64,000 nucleotides of DNA from Hyphomicrobiaceae bacterium. Its GTDB lineage: Bacteria; Pseudomonadota; Alphaproteobacteria; Rhizobiales; Hyphomicrobiaceae. The notes under the pieces were generated by a model. It saw only the letters and a program-made list of their open reading frames with translations. It searched no databases and was not told the DNA's origin. The position numbers were made by a program, and so were the translations under genes. Positions 1-9,402 of this stretch are shown here, piece after piece; positions within the stretch are counted from its first letter, which is position 1, and each line of letters starts with the position of its first letter. Where the stretch lies: contig DAIPMW010000012.1 in assembly GCA_036768475.1 (NCBI GenBank), positions 35,825-99,824 of the forward strand, read 5' to 3'.

Positions 1-1
1 G

Positions 2-226
<225 letters not shown>

Positions 227-257
227 TCACGGACGAGAGCACAAGGAGAAATAAGAC

Positions 258-650
258 ATGCGCATTACGCAAGGCTGCTTCTCGTTCCTGCCCGATTTGA
301 CGGACGAGGAAATCTCTGCGCAACTCGAATATTGCCTGCGCAACGAGTGGGCGGTCGGCATCGAATTCACGGATGATCCGCACCCGCGTAACACCTATTG
401 GGAGATGTGGGGCAACCCGATGTTCGATCTGAAGGACGCCAAGGGGATCATGATGGAGATCGCCGAGTGCCGCAAGGCGCACCCGGAGTCCTACATCCGC
501 ATCAATGCCTTCGATTCGACCCGCGGCTGGGAAACGGTGAGGACCTCCTTCATAGTCAACCGGCCGAAGAATGAGCCGAAGCTCGACATGATCCGTACGG
601 ACGTGCGCTCGCGCAGCCAGACCTACGCGTGGAAAACCGTCCGCAGTTGA
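258..650 (+). CDS. cbbS: RuBisCO small subunit
   Basis: 130-aa ORF MRITQGCFSFLPDLTDEEISAQLEYCL...YWEMWGNPMFDL, typical of red-type RbcS. Located directly after cbbL. Confidence 0.95.
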   Translation: MRITQGCFSFLPDLTDEEISAQLEYCLRNEWAVGIEFTDDPHPRNTYWEMWGNPMFDLKDAKGIMMEIAECRKAHPESYIRINAFDSTRGWETVRTSFIVNRPKNEPKLDMIRTDVRSRSQTYAWKTVRS

Positions 651-769
651 TCCCTTCCCGGTCTCGGCCTACACAGGGCCTGGACAACCGGCACAAGCCT
701 CCGGCGGGCGGTCCAAGGCCCTCCGCCGGAGCACAAAGCTGCGACACGTGAGAAGACAGGTCGAAAGAT

Positions 770-1711
770 ATGACCATGACGGCCGAAGCTGCCGAGCAAA
801 AGACTGTCACCCACGTCAATCTCGCCGAGGAATTCCGCAACTCGGGCGTCGCCGAGATCCTGGAAGAACTCGACCGCGAGCTGGTCGGTCTGAAGCCTGT
901 CAAGCAGCGCATCCGTGAGATCGCCGCTCTGCTGATTGTCGAACGCGCCCGCAAGTCGATGGGCCTCGCGCACGAGACCCCGACGCTGCACATGAGCTTT
1001 ACCGGCAATCCAGGCACCGGCAAGACGACGGTGGCCATGAAGATGGCGGGCCTGCTGCATCGCCTGGGCTATGTGCGCAAGGGCCACCTTGTCTCCGTCA
1101 CGCGCGATGATCTCGTCGGCCAGTACATCGGTCACACCGCGCCCAAGACCAAGGAAGTATTGAAGCGCGCCATGGGCGGCGTCCTTTTTATCGACGAGGC
1201 ATATTATCTCTACCGGCCCGATAACGAGCGCGACTACGGTCAGGAGGCGATCGAGATCCTGCTTCAGGTGATGGAAAATAACCGCGACGATCTCGTTGTC
1301 ATCCTCGCTGGCTACGCCGACCGCATGGACAGGTTCTTTACCTCCAATCCTGGCTTCCGCTCGCGCATCGCCCATCACATCGACTTTCCCGACTATGAGG
1401 ATGGCGAGTTGTTCTCGATCGCCGAGTCGATGCTGGCTCAGCAGAACTATATGCTAGACGAGCGGGCAAAGGTGGCCATGCGCGAGTACATTCAGCGCCG
1501 CCGCACGCAGCCGCACTTCGCCAATGCCCGCTCGATTCGCAACGCATTGGACCGTGCCCGTCTGCGCCAGGCCAATCGCCTGTTCGAGACATCAACCGGG
1601 CCGTTGGATGCGGCCGCCCTTTCGACGATATCTGAGGTCGATCTGCGCGCGAGCCGCGTGTTCTCCGGCGGCCTCGATGACCCGATGGGACCAGGGAGGC
1701 CCAAAGAATGA
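770..1711 (+). CDS. cbbX: CbbX AAA+ ATPase (red-type RuBisCO activase)
   Basis: 313 aa. Walker A GNPGTGKT, Walker B VLFIDEAY, full-length CbbX-like sequence. Canonical position after cbbLS. Confidence 0.95.
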   Translation: MTMTAEAAEQKTVTHVNLAEEFRNSGVAEILEELDRELVGLKPVKQRIREIAALLIVERARKSMGLAHETPTLHMSFTGNPGTGKTTVAMKMAGLLHRLGYVRKGHLVSVTRDDLVGQYIGHTAPKTKEVLKRAMGGVLFIDEAYYLYRPDNERDYGQEAIEILLQVMENNRDDLVVILAGYADRMDRFFTSNPGFRSRIAHHIDFPDYEDGELFSIAESMLAQQNYMLDERAKVAMREYIQRRRTQPHFANARSIRNALDRARLRQANRLFETSTGPLDAAALSTISEVDLRASRVFSGGLDDPMGPGRPKE

Positions 1712-2397
1712 CCGGCAACGTCATCATCGCACCATCAATTCTTTCGGCGGACTTCTCCAGGCTCGGTGAGGAAGTGGCGACCGTCGATGCCGCCGGCGCC
1801 GATTGGATCCATCTCGATGTCATGGACGGCCACTTCGTTCCTAACATCACCTTCGGCCCGCCGGTCATCAAGGCGATCCGCAAGGCCTCCCCGAAGGTCT
1901 TCGATTGCCACCTGATGATTGAGCCAGCCGACCCCTATCTGGCGGCATTCGCGGAAGCCGGCGCCGACATCATCACCGTGCACGCCGAAGCCGGTCCGCA
2001 TCTGGACCGCTCGCTGCAGGCGATCCGCAATCTTGGCAAGAAGGCCGGCGTGTCGCTCAATCCCTCGACGCCCGAGAACGTCATTGAATACGTGCTCGAT
2101 CGCCTTGACCTCGTTCTCTTGATGACGGTGAACCCCGGTTTCGGTGGCCAGGCGTTCATTCCCTCGGTGGTCGAGAAGGTGCGCCGTATCAAGCAGATGA
2201 TCGGCAGCCGTCCGATCGACATCGAGATCGACGGCGGCGTGACGCCGGAAACGGCACCGCTTGTCGCTGCCGCCGGTGCCAACGTGCTGGTGGCAGGCTC
2301 CGCCGTCTTCAAGGGCGGCACGCGCGACAGCTATGCGGCCAACATCACCGCGATCCGCAACGCCGCAACTGCAGCCATTCGGTCGGCCGCGGCGTGA
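1708..2397 (+). CDS. rpe: ribulose-phosphate 3-epimerase
   Basis: 229 aa with [22 protein letters not shown] and [10 protein letters not shown] motifs. The ATG overlaps the cbbX stop (ATGA at 1708-1711). Confidence 0.95.
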   Translation: MTGNVIIAPSILSADFSRLGEEVATVDAAGADWIHLDVMDGHFVPNITFGPPVIKAIRKASPKVFDCHLMIEPADPYLAAFAEAGADIITVHAEAGPHLDRSLQAIRNLGKKAGVSLNPSTPENVIEYVLDRLDLVLLMTVNPGFGGQAFIPSVVEKVRRIKQMIGSRPIDIEIDGGVTPETAPLVAAAGANVLVAGSAVFKGGTRDSYAANITAIRNAATAAIRSAAA

Positions 2398-2452
2398 GGC
2401 TGCGTCGCACTGCGGTGCTGCAACTGCGCATGACGATGTGAGGCGACGAACA

Positions 2453-3010
2453 ATGGCCGTCGAGACACCCGTTTGCGACTTCGGCTGGAAGGCTCCCGAT
2501 TTCGCGCTGCCCGGAACCGATGGCGGCACATGGCGCCTTGCCGACATCAAAGGTGAGCGCGGCACGCTCGTCATGTTCATCTGCAATCACTGCCCGTACG
2601 TGCAGGCCGTGATCGACAGGATTGTGCGCGACGCGCGTGACCTTGCACCCTTGGGGATCGGCATCGCCGCGATTTCTGCCAACGATGCGGCGACCTACTC
2701 TGAGGATTCCTTCGACAACATGAAGCGGGTCGCCGCGCAGAACGGTTTCCCATTCCCCTATCTCTATGACGAGAGCCAGGACGTCGCGCGCGCTTATCAC
2801 GCGGTGTGCACGCCCGAGTTCTTCGGCTTCGATGCGAACCTCGGCCTCCAGTACCGCGGTCGTCTTGATGCTTCCAGAAGGGAGGCGGGGCCCGCAGATT
2901 TGCGCCGCGATCTCTATCTCGCCATGAAAGCGATCGCCGAGACCGGCAAAGGGCCTGCTGAACAGATCCCCTCCATGGGCTGTTCGATCAAATGGAAGGA
3001 TGACGCGTGA
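2453..3010 (+). CDS. thioredoxin-fold AhpC/TSA-family thiol-disulfide oxidoreductase
   Basis: The ORF-track start at 2261 overlaps rpe, so I chose ATG 2453 (MAVETPVCDFGWKAPDF). Contains a single CNHCPYV redox-type motif. 185 aa. Confidence 0.8.
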   Translation: MAVETPVCDFGWKAPDFALPGTDGGTWRLADIKGERGTLVMFICNHCPYVQAVIDRIVRDARDLAPLGIGIAAISANDAATYSEDSFDNMKRVAAQNGFPFPYLYDESQDVARAYHAVCTPEFFGFDANLGLQYRGRLDASRREAGPADLRRDLYLAMKAIAETGKGPAEQIPSMGCSIKWKDDA

Positions 3011-3702
3011 GAAATGACAGTCCGGCCGTCCGCGTCGTTGTTTTCGATCTCGATGGCACGCTGATCGACAGCGCCCCAGACATTCACGCGGCCGCAAATC
3101 GCCTGATGGCCGAGCTGTCTCTGCCGACCTTCGATCTCCGGACCATCACATCCTATGTCGGTAACGGCATTCCAAAGCTGGTGGAACGCTGTCTGGCGGC
3201 GACAGGCGACGCCGGCCGCGCAATTGAGCTCGATCACGCAATCGCGCGCTTCAAGTCGTTCTACGCCGAGGAACCGGCCCTTCGGACGCGGCCATACCCA
3301 GGAGCCGTCGAGGCATTGGCAGCGCTCACCGATGCCGGCTGTCGGCTCGGCATCGTCACCAACAAGTCGGAGGATCTTTCGCGCGCGGCACTCGCCGATC
3401 TCGGTCTGGCGCATCATTTCGAGGTGGTGATCGGCGGCGATACGTTGGCGACGAAGAAGCCCGATCCTGAGGGGTTAGTTCTGGCTGTCGACCGTCTCGG
3501 TGGCGTGCCGGCGGATGCCCTTTACGTCGGTGACAGCGAGGTCGACGCCGAGACCGCCGCCCGGGCCGGCCTTCGCTTCGCCCTGTTCACCGGAGGCTAC
3601 CGCAAGTCTCCGGTCGGCGAATTGCCGCATTGGTACGCGTTCGACGATATGCGCGACCTCCTGAGCCAACGCGTTTTCGCGATTGTCACCGACCCCACTT
3701 GA
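3007..3702 (+). CDS. gph: phosphoglycolate phosphatase (HAD superfamily)
   Basis: The GTG start overlaps the upstream stop (GTGA 3007-3010). HAD motif I VVFDLDGTLIDS, motif IV GDSEVD. cbbZ-type position in the cbb operon. Confidence 0.85.
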   Translation: MRNDSPAVRVVVFDLDGTLIDSAPDIHAAANRLMAELSLPTFDLRTITSYVGNGIPKLVERCLAATGDAGRAIELDHAIARFKSFYAEEPALRTRPYPGAVEALAALTDAGCRLGIVTNKSEDLSRAALADLGLAHHFEVVIGGDTLATKKPDPEGLVLAVDRLGGVPADALYVGDSEVDAETAARAGLRFALFTGGYRKSPVGELPHWYAFDDMRDLLSQRVFAIVTDPT

Positions 3703-3786
3703 TCTTTGTCGCGATTTTCTGCCCGTCTGTGTGTGAAAAGCAATGTAGAAGGCTTCACACATTCGCAGACGCATAGGTATTTGACG

Positions 3787-4461
3787 ATGATCGACCTCTA
3801 CTACTGGACAACGCCCAACGGCCACAAGATCACGATCTTTCTTGAGGAAGCCGGGCTCGGCTATGACATCAAGCCCGTCGATATCAACGTTGGCGAGCAG
3901 TTCAATCCCGCGTTCTTGGAAATTTCGCCCAACAACCGCATTCCTGCGATCGTCGACCACGCGCCGACTGACGGCGGCGCACCGATCTCGATCTTCGAAT
4001 CCGGCGCCATTCTCCAATATCTGGCAGAAAAGACCGGTCGCTTCCTGCCTGCCGATCTGCGAGGCCGAACCGAAACCATGCAGTGGCTGTTCTGGCAGAT
4101 GGGCGGGCTCGGACCGATGGCCGGCCAGAATCACCATTTCCGTCTCTTCGCACCCGAGAAGATCGAATACGCGATCAAGCGCTACGTTGATGAGACCGCC
4201 CGGCTTTACGGCGTCATGAACGACCGCCTGGCAGACCGGGATTACCTTGCCGGAGAGTATTCGATTGCCGACATGGCGTCGTTTCCCTGGATCGTTCCCC
4301 ACCAGCGCCAGGGGCAGAGCCTCGATGAGTTCCCCAATTTGAAGCGCTGGTTCAACGCCATACGTGCCCGTCCCGCCGTGGTGCGCGCTTACGAGCGTGC
4401 CGAGACAGTCAATCCCACGCCGCAGGTGGCTGACGTCCTGAAGATCGTGCTGGCATCATAG
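3787..4461 (+). CDS. yfcG: Nu-class glutathione S-transferase (YfcG-like disulfide reductase)
   Basis: Start taken at ATG 3787. MIDLYYWTTPNGHKITIFLEEAGL...ISPNNRIPAIVDH...FESGAILQYLAEKTG...WLFWQMGGLGPMAGQNHHF closely parallels E. coli YfcG. Confidence 0.85.
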   Translation: MIDLYYWTTPNGHKITIFLEEAGLGYDIKPVDINVGEQFNPAFLEISPNNRIPAIVDHAPTDGGAPISIFESGAILQYLAEKTGRFLPADLRGRTETMQWLFWQMGGLGPMAGQNHHFRLFAPEKIEYAIKRYVDETARLYGVMNDRLADRDYLAGEYSIADMASFPWIVPHQRQGQSLDEFPNLKRWFNAIRARPAVVRAYERAETVNPTPQVADVLKIVLAS

Positions 4462-4491
4462 GTCAATTGAATTGGTCACGGCCGTAAGCTT

Positions 4492-4513
4492 CCCGTTCGT
4501 TGTTGTGAACGGG
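4492..4513. terminator. hairpin between convergent yfcG-like and hemN genes
   Basis: CCCGTTC-gttgttgt-GAACGGG, a 7-bp stem with no clear U-tract. Confidence 0.3.
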
Positions 4514-4546
4514 CAGCATTCATCGTGCAGGAGATGCACACGGCCG

Positions 4547-5890
4547 TCACACCCCGGCCGAATGCTGTGCGGTGCCTTTGCCGAGATAGGCATCGAACTT
4601 GGCGCAGATCGACCGCACGAAGATGCGCCCCTTGTCGGTGACTTGGAAGCCGGCACCTGAGGCTCGCGGCGCGATCATTTCGTCCTCCTCTGTATCGCAC
4701 AGCGCATCAGCCTCTGCGATGATCGGATCGGCGATCTTGCCGAACCGGGCCCGCAGCTCCTCTGCAGGGAACGTGAAGTCGCACATGAGCCGCTCGATCA
4801 CGAGGCCGCGTGCGGCATCCTCCGCACTCATTTCGTGGCCGCGCACCGTTGCAAGGCCGCCATCGAAAACGCGGCGCTCGTATTCACCGATTGCTGGCGT
4901 ATTCTGCACGTAACCCTGCGGCAATCGCCCGATCGACGAGGAGCCGAGCCCGATCAGTGTGGCCGCCGTATCTGTCGTGTAGCCCTGGAAGTTGCGCCGC
5001 ACGCTGCCGCCGGCCAGCGGATCGTGCGGAAGCGCATAGTGATCGAGACCGATGGTGACAAAGCCGCCCTGCACCAGGCGCTCGGCTGCGCGTGTCGCCA
5101 GCGCGAGGCGGGCCTGCATATCCGGCAGCGAGCTGTCTGCGATCAGGCGCTGGTGCTTGATGCGCTGCGGAAGGTGAGCGTAACCGAACAGCGCGATCCG
5201 GTCCGGCCGCATCGACAGCACATGGTCCATGGTCGCGTCGAGTGTATCAAGCGTCTGGAACGGCAGCCCATAGACGAGATCAACATTGATCGCCTTGATG
5301 CCGTGTGCGCGAAACGTGTTGATGACCCACGCAGTCTGTTCCACCGACTGCAACCGGTTGATGGCCTTCTGCACGGCGATATCGAAATCCTGCACGCCAA
5401 TGCTCACGCGGTTGACGCCCGCCTCGGCAAACGCCGCAATGCGCGCCTCGTCAAGGCCACGCGGATCGATTTCGACGGCGAACTCGGCATCGTCGGCAAC
5501 CGCAAACCGCTCCTTGAGCTGGGCTGCCAGAGCACGGATTTCGTCGGGCGCCAGAATGCTCGGACTGCCTCCGCCCCAGTGGATATGCGAGACGCGATGG
5601 TGTGTCTTGATCCGCCCGGCCACGGTATCGATTTCGCGGGAGAGCGCGCTCAGATAGCGCGTGATTGGTGCCTTCTGCCGCGTGATCTTGGTCGAGCAGC
5701 CGCAGTACCAGCACAGCTCGTTGCAGAACGGGATATGGACGTAGAGCGAAAGAGGCGTGTCGTCCTCCAGCGCCGCGAGCCAGGCACCATAGGTCGACTG
5801 GTCGACCTCCTTGGAGAAGTGCGGAGCCGTCGGATAACTCGTATAGCGCGGTACGGGCGCAGCATAGCGCCGGAGTAGTTCGGGTCGCAT
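4547..5890 (-). CDS. hemN: oxygen-independent coproporphyrinogen III oxidase (radical SAM)
   Basis: Start taken at ATG 5890 (MRPELLRRYAAPVPRYTSYPTAPHF). Radical-SAM motif CNELCWYCGC. About 447 aa. Confidence 0.9.
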   Translation of the reverse strand: MRPELLRRYAAPVPRYTSYPTAPHFSKEVDQSTYGAWLAALEDDTPLSLYVHIPFCNELCWYCGCSTKITRQKAPITRYLSALSREIDTVAGRIKTHHRVSHIHWGGGSPSILAPDEIRALAAQLKERFAVADDAEFAVEIDPRGLDEARIAAFAEAGVNRVSIGVQDFDIAVQKAINRLQSVEQTAWVINTFRAHGIKAINVDLVYGLPFQTLDTLDATMDHVLSMRPDRIALFGYAHLPQRIKHQRLIADSSLPDMQARLALATRAAERLVQGGFVTIGLDHYALPHDPLAGGSVRRNFQGYTTDTAATLIGLGSSSIGRLPQGYVQNTPAIGEYERRVFDGGLATVRGHEMSAEDAARGLVIERLMCDFTFPAEELRARFGKIADPIIAEADALCDTEEDEMIAPRASGAGFQVTDKGRIFVRSICAKFDAYLGKGTAQHSAGV

Positions 5891-6061
5891 CGCCTCTCCA
5901 TTTGAACAGGAATGGGCTCTGGATGAAACGGGTTGCCGCGTCGGCGTCACGGTAGAGCATTCTGCGCCATGTGGTGCTGTGGCCGAAGCCCATGGGCGGG
6001 ATGCCAAGCCGGGGCACCGAACGCGGCCTAGTCAATCTAGGTGGAGGTGGCCTCCGCGATA

Positions 6062-6075
6062 TTGACTTTGGTCAA
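6062..6075. promoter_or_regulatory. FNR/FixK-type anaerobox candidate upstream of hemN
   Basis: TTGACTTTGGTCAA fits TTGA-N6-TCAA. It lies about 175 nt upstream of the hemN start, in the divergent intergenic region. Confidence 0.45.
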
Positions 6076-6312
6076 CGCCCGCCGGGCGGCAAATTGTCGT
6101 GCGGTGCTGGCAGGCTGCCCATGCCAGGGGCGCTCGACGAGCCGGATTTGCGGCAGTCAGAGAGGTTGATTCGCCGCAGGTTCCCGGATTCGCGAGCGTC
6201 AGAGAAATGCTGAGTATGTGCATATTCTCGCAGACACCGCTTGGTTAAGGAATTACTTACCCGCAACCGATCTAATCCGGGACGCGGATTAGTAGATCTT
6301 ACGAGCGGATCA

Positions 6313-7638
6313 ATGCGCGGCACGACCCACGCGTCTCTCGACGACATCCACATCACGGGCATCTGGGGCACCCTGCGACGCAGCGGCACATCGCTACTAT
6401 TGGCTGCCATGGTAGCTGGCGGTCTCACATACACCGTCCTGTCGATCGCGCCGAAATATATGTCGGAGGCGCAACTGACGCCCGCCGTCAACAATGCCTG
6501 CAATTCCTTCGCCGGTTGTGCGCGCGGTTCCGGCATCGATGGGCTTGCCGATCCGGCAGCCGCGAACACTCCCGTGCGCGCGTCGAAATCGCCTGGGCTC
6601 GCTCGCAGTGGAGTTGGCGATCTGAAGCTGGCGACGATGCTGCAATTCAACAGCGCGCTGGCCAGCACGGACAGCATCGGCTCACTTCCGCGTGCTTTGG
6701 GTCCGTCCTGGTTAACGGCACTCGTCTCTCTTGCTGCCCTTCTGAGCGGCACGGCGTGGGCGATCACGCGCGCACTCATCTCGCGCGCACGGGCTCATGC
6801 CCACGACATCCAGCCGAAGCGCAGGGCATCGGACCGCGAGCGTCCGGCCAGCGCACTGCCGAGTGACGAGGCGATCGGTTCGGTTTCGCCATCTGATGTC
6901 GTCAGGCACCTGCCGTCACCCGTGAATCGCGACCCCGATAGAAGTAGTTGGGAAGACCGGGTCGACTGTGCCGGAGTTGCAGAAATTGCATCGGTGCCAA
7001 GACTTGCGCGCCATATCCGGGCATACGCACCTAATTCAGGCGGTCTCCGCACGCTCATCACCAGTTCGGCCAGCACGATCGATCCGAGCGTCGAAGGCCT
7101 GAGCCTGGCCGAGGAATTTGCCGCTGACGGCCAGCAGACCATCGTCATCGACTGGAGTTTGGACGAAACCGGTTTCTGCCGCAGCATCGGTCTTGGCGCC
7201 ACTCCGGGTTTCAACGATCTCGCGCATGGAGATGCAACTTTTGAAGACGTGATCCATAGCCTCTCCGGCAGCCAGATCCATGTCATGCCTTGCGGAACAT
7301 CTCTCGGTGGCAAAACGGTCGACCAGGTGCTCGACTGTGAAAAGCTCAACCTCCTGCTTGATGCGCTGGACGAAGCCTACGACCAGATAATCGTTGTGGC
7401 GAAGCCTGCCGATGCGCGTGCGCTCTTCGAGGCCATAGAGGGTCGCTTCGACGCCGCTGTCACGGTTAGCATTGGCTCGCGCAGCACTGCCAGGCCGCAG
7501 GATCCGCCGGACACGTTCCTCGGCTTCGAGGTTACTGGCATCACGCTCATCCGGTTCCATCGCATCAGCGAAAATTCGGCACGAGCGCAAAGTTTCGTGC
7601 ATCCCGGCTGGACAGCGGGAGCCGAAGCAAGGATCTGA
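6313..7638 (+). CDS. polysaccharide co-polymerase-like membrane protein with degenerate BY-kinase (P-loop) domain
   Basis: ORF 6241-7638, ATG at 6313 preferred. N-terminal Wzz-like TM segment (LLLAAMVAGGLTYTVLSIAPKYMSEAQL) and a second TM (LTALVSLAALLSGTAWAI). The C-terminal region aligns by eye to ExoP/Wzc ATPase, but the Walker motifs are replaced. Confidence 0.5.
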   Translation: MRGTTHASLDDIHITGIWGTLRRSGTSLLLAAMVAGGLTYTVLSIAPKYMSEAQLTPAVNNACNSFAGCARGSGIDGLADPAAANTPVRASKSPGLARSGVGDLKLATMLQFNSALASTDSIGSLPRALGPSWLTALVSLAALLSGTAWAITRALISRARAHAHDIQPKRRASDRERPASALPSDEAIGSVSPSDVVRHLPSPVNRDPDRSSWEDRVDCAGVAEIASVPRLARHIRAYAPNSGGLRTLITSSASTIDPSVEGLSLAEEFAADGQQTIVIDWSLDETGFCRSIGLGATPGFNDLAHGDATFEDVIHSLSGSQIHVMPCGTSLGGKTVDQVLDCEKLNLLLDALDEAYDQIIVVAKPADARALFEAIEGRFDAAVTVSIGSRSTARPQDPPDTFLGFEVTGITLIRFHRISENSARAQSFVHPGWTAGAEARI

Positions 7639-7775
7639 ATTTTGCCGGTGACGGTGGTGCGCTGCAGCGTGAGCAAGGATGACCGCGCTCCCCGCACCAA
7701 AGGGTCAGATCGACGCAGCCCGCGCCCGACGCCTCACGTGCTGCCGCGCTTCTCTCTGAACGGCACAGACACATC

Positions 7776-8003
7776 TCATTCCCGCTTGGGCTGAGGCGGA
7801 TCGCTACGCGACATCCAGCTGATGATGGCTCCTGCGGGCAGGATCCATAACAGCCCGGCAACAACGTAGTAGGCGAGTTCAGCCAATTTCGATGCCTGAT
7901 TGACCTGCAGGATCATCGCTACGGAAAGGGCCAGAAGGGCGTAGACGACGAGAACCAGCATCAACGCCACGGTGCCGACGAGTTTGCGGGTGCGGATCGT
8001 CAT
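7776..8003 (-). CDS. DUF2842-family small membrane protein
   Basis: Start at ATG 8003 (MTIRTRKLVGTVALMLVLVVYALLALS...). Two TM helices, 75 aa. Typical divergent neighbour of ctaA in alphaproteobacteria. Confidence 0.7.
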   Translation of the reverse strand: MTIRTRKLVGTVALMLVLVVYALLALSVAMILQVNQASKLAELAYYVVAGLLWILPAGAIISWMSRSDPPQPKRE

Positions 8004-8137
8004 AAATCCTCCGGTGTGTGCGCATTCGGTGGGCGCGCGGGCCGGTAATCCGCCGGTGCGGCATGGTGGTTCCCGGGTGCCCCATTGATCAGCGCGCCTG
8101 CGCCCATTAATCAGACAGCCAAGGCCAGCACAAGGAT

Positions 8138-9247
8138 ATGCGAGCAATGGCAACATATTCGACCGCCCAGTCGGCAGCAGAACGCATCGACGCGCAATCG
8201 CGTAGTGCGGCTATGGCCGTGCGCCTCTGGCTTCGCGTTGTCACTGTGCTCGTCGTGGCGATGATCGTCGTCGGCGGCGCCACCCGTCTTACCGACTCTG
8301 GTCTCTCAATTACCGAGTGGCAGCCGATCATCGGCGCAATACCGCCGTTGAACGAGTCGCATTGGCTCGAAGCCTTCGAGAAATACAAGCAGATCCCCGA
8401 GTATCACGAAATCAATAAGGGCATGTCACTGGAGGCATTCAAGAGCATCTATTGGTGGGAATGGTCGCACCGCTTCCTCGGCCGCTTCATCGGCCTGGCC
8501 TTCGCCCTTCCGCTCTTGCTGTTCTGGATTCTGCGCAAAATCCCGCGCGGGATGGAGCTGAAGCTGTTGGGTGTGCTTGCCCTTGGTGGTCTTCAGGGAG
8601 CGATAGGCTGGTATATGGTGAAGTCGGGCCTCGTCGATCGCGTCGACGTCAGCCACTATCGCCTCGCCCTGCACTTGGGCACCGCGTTCCTCATCCTCGG
8701 CCTGCTCGTCTGGATGGCCGAGGAGACCCGCCCTCGTGATACGGCAATTCACCTGGAGACCATCGCACCAGGCCAAGTGCGCCTCGCCCGCATTCTGGTG
8801 GTGGCGTTGTTTCTTCAGGTGCTGCTGGGCGCGCTGGTGGCAGGACTGAAGGCAGGGCTTACCTACAACACCTGGCCGTTGATGGATGGACGCTTCATTC
8901 CCAACGGGCTGCTTACCTTGAGCCCCTGGTACGAGAACCTTTTCGAGAACGTGACGACGGTTCAGTTCGATCACCGCATGATCGCCTATCTGATCGGCTT
9001 GCTGGGGCTGTTACACGTATTTCAGTTGCGTGGCGGCGATGACCGGCGCGTTATGGTATCTGCGGTACTGTTGCTGATAGCCATCGTTCTCCAGATGAGC
9101 ATCGGCATCTGGACGCTGCTTTCAGCCCAAGGTGAGATCCCGATCGGTCTTGGGCTGATGCACCAGGGTGGTGCGGCGGTCGTCTTCGTCATCGCGGTCT
9201 GGCATCTTCACCGCATCAGCCGCTCACCTGCACGCCGGAGAGACTGA
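8138..9247 (+). CDS. ctaA: heme A synthase (COX15/CtaA)
   Basis: 369 aa, polytopic, with GGATRLTDSGLSITEWQP and conserved His-containing helices. Alternative start ATG 8147 has better SD spacing. Confidence 0.9.
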   Translation: MRAMATYSTAQSAAERIDAQSRSAAMAVRLWLRVVTVLVVAMIVVGGATRLTDSGLSITEWQPIIGAIPPLNESHWLEAFEKYKQIPEYHEINKGMSLEAFKSIYWWEWSHRFLGRFIGLAFALPLLLFWILRKIPRGMELKLLGVLALGGLQGAIGWYMVKSGLVDRVDVSHYRLALHLGTAFLILGLLVWMAEETRPRDTAIHLETIAPGQVRLARILVVALFLQVLLGALVAGLKAGLTYNTWPLMDGRFIPNGLLTLSPWYENLFENVTTVQFDHRMIAYLIGLLGLLHVFQLRGGDDRRVMVSAVLLLIAIVLQMSIGIWTLLSAQGEIPIGLGLMHQGGAAVVFVIAVWHLHRISRSPARRRD

Positions 9248-9260
9248 TTCACGGCTTCGA

Positions 9261-9280
9261 TGGAAGCAGTCGTGCTTCCA
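9261..9280 (+). terminator. hairpin just after ctaA stop
   Basis: TGGAAGCA-gtcg-TGCTTCCA, 14 nt after the stop. No U-tract. Confidence 0.3.
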
Positions 9281-9297
9281 TCTCAGCCGATCAGGCT

Positions 9298-9402
9298 CTA
9301 GACATGTTGAGCTGAAGTGTGCAGCGGTTCAGCGCGAAAAACATGATCAAAACAAGGTTCTGGATCGCGCTCATGTTTCCGTCAAACATGAACGCGATCT
9401 AA
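9298..9402 (+). repeat. double-hairpin intergenic repeat, copy A
   Basis: ctagacatgttgagctgaagtgtgcagcggttcagcgcgaaaaacatgatc...gatcgcgctcatgtttccgtcaaacatgaacgcgatctaa. Lies between convergent ctaA and argC. Confidence 0.9.
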
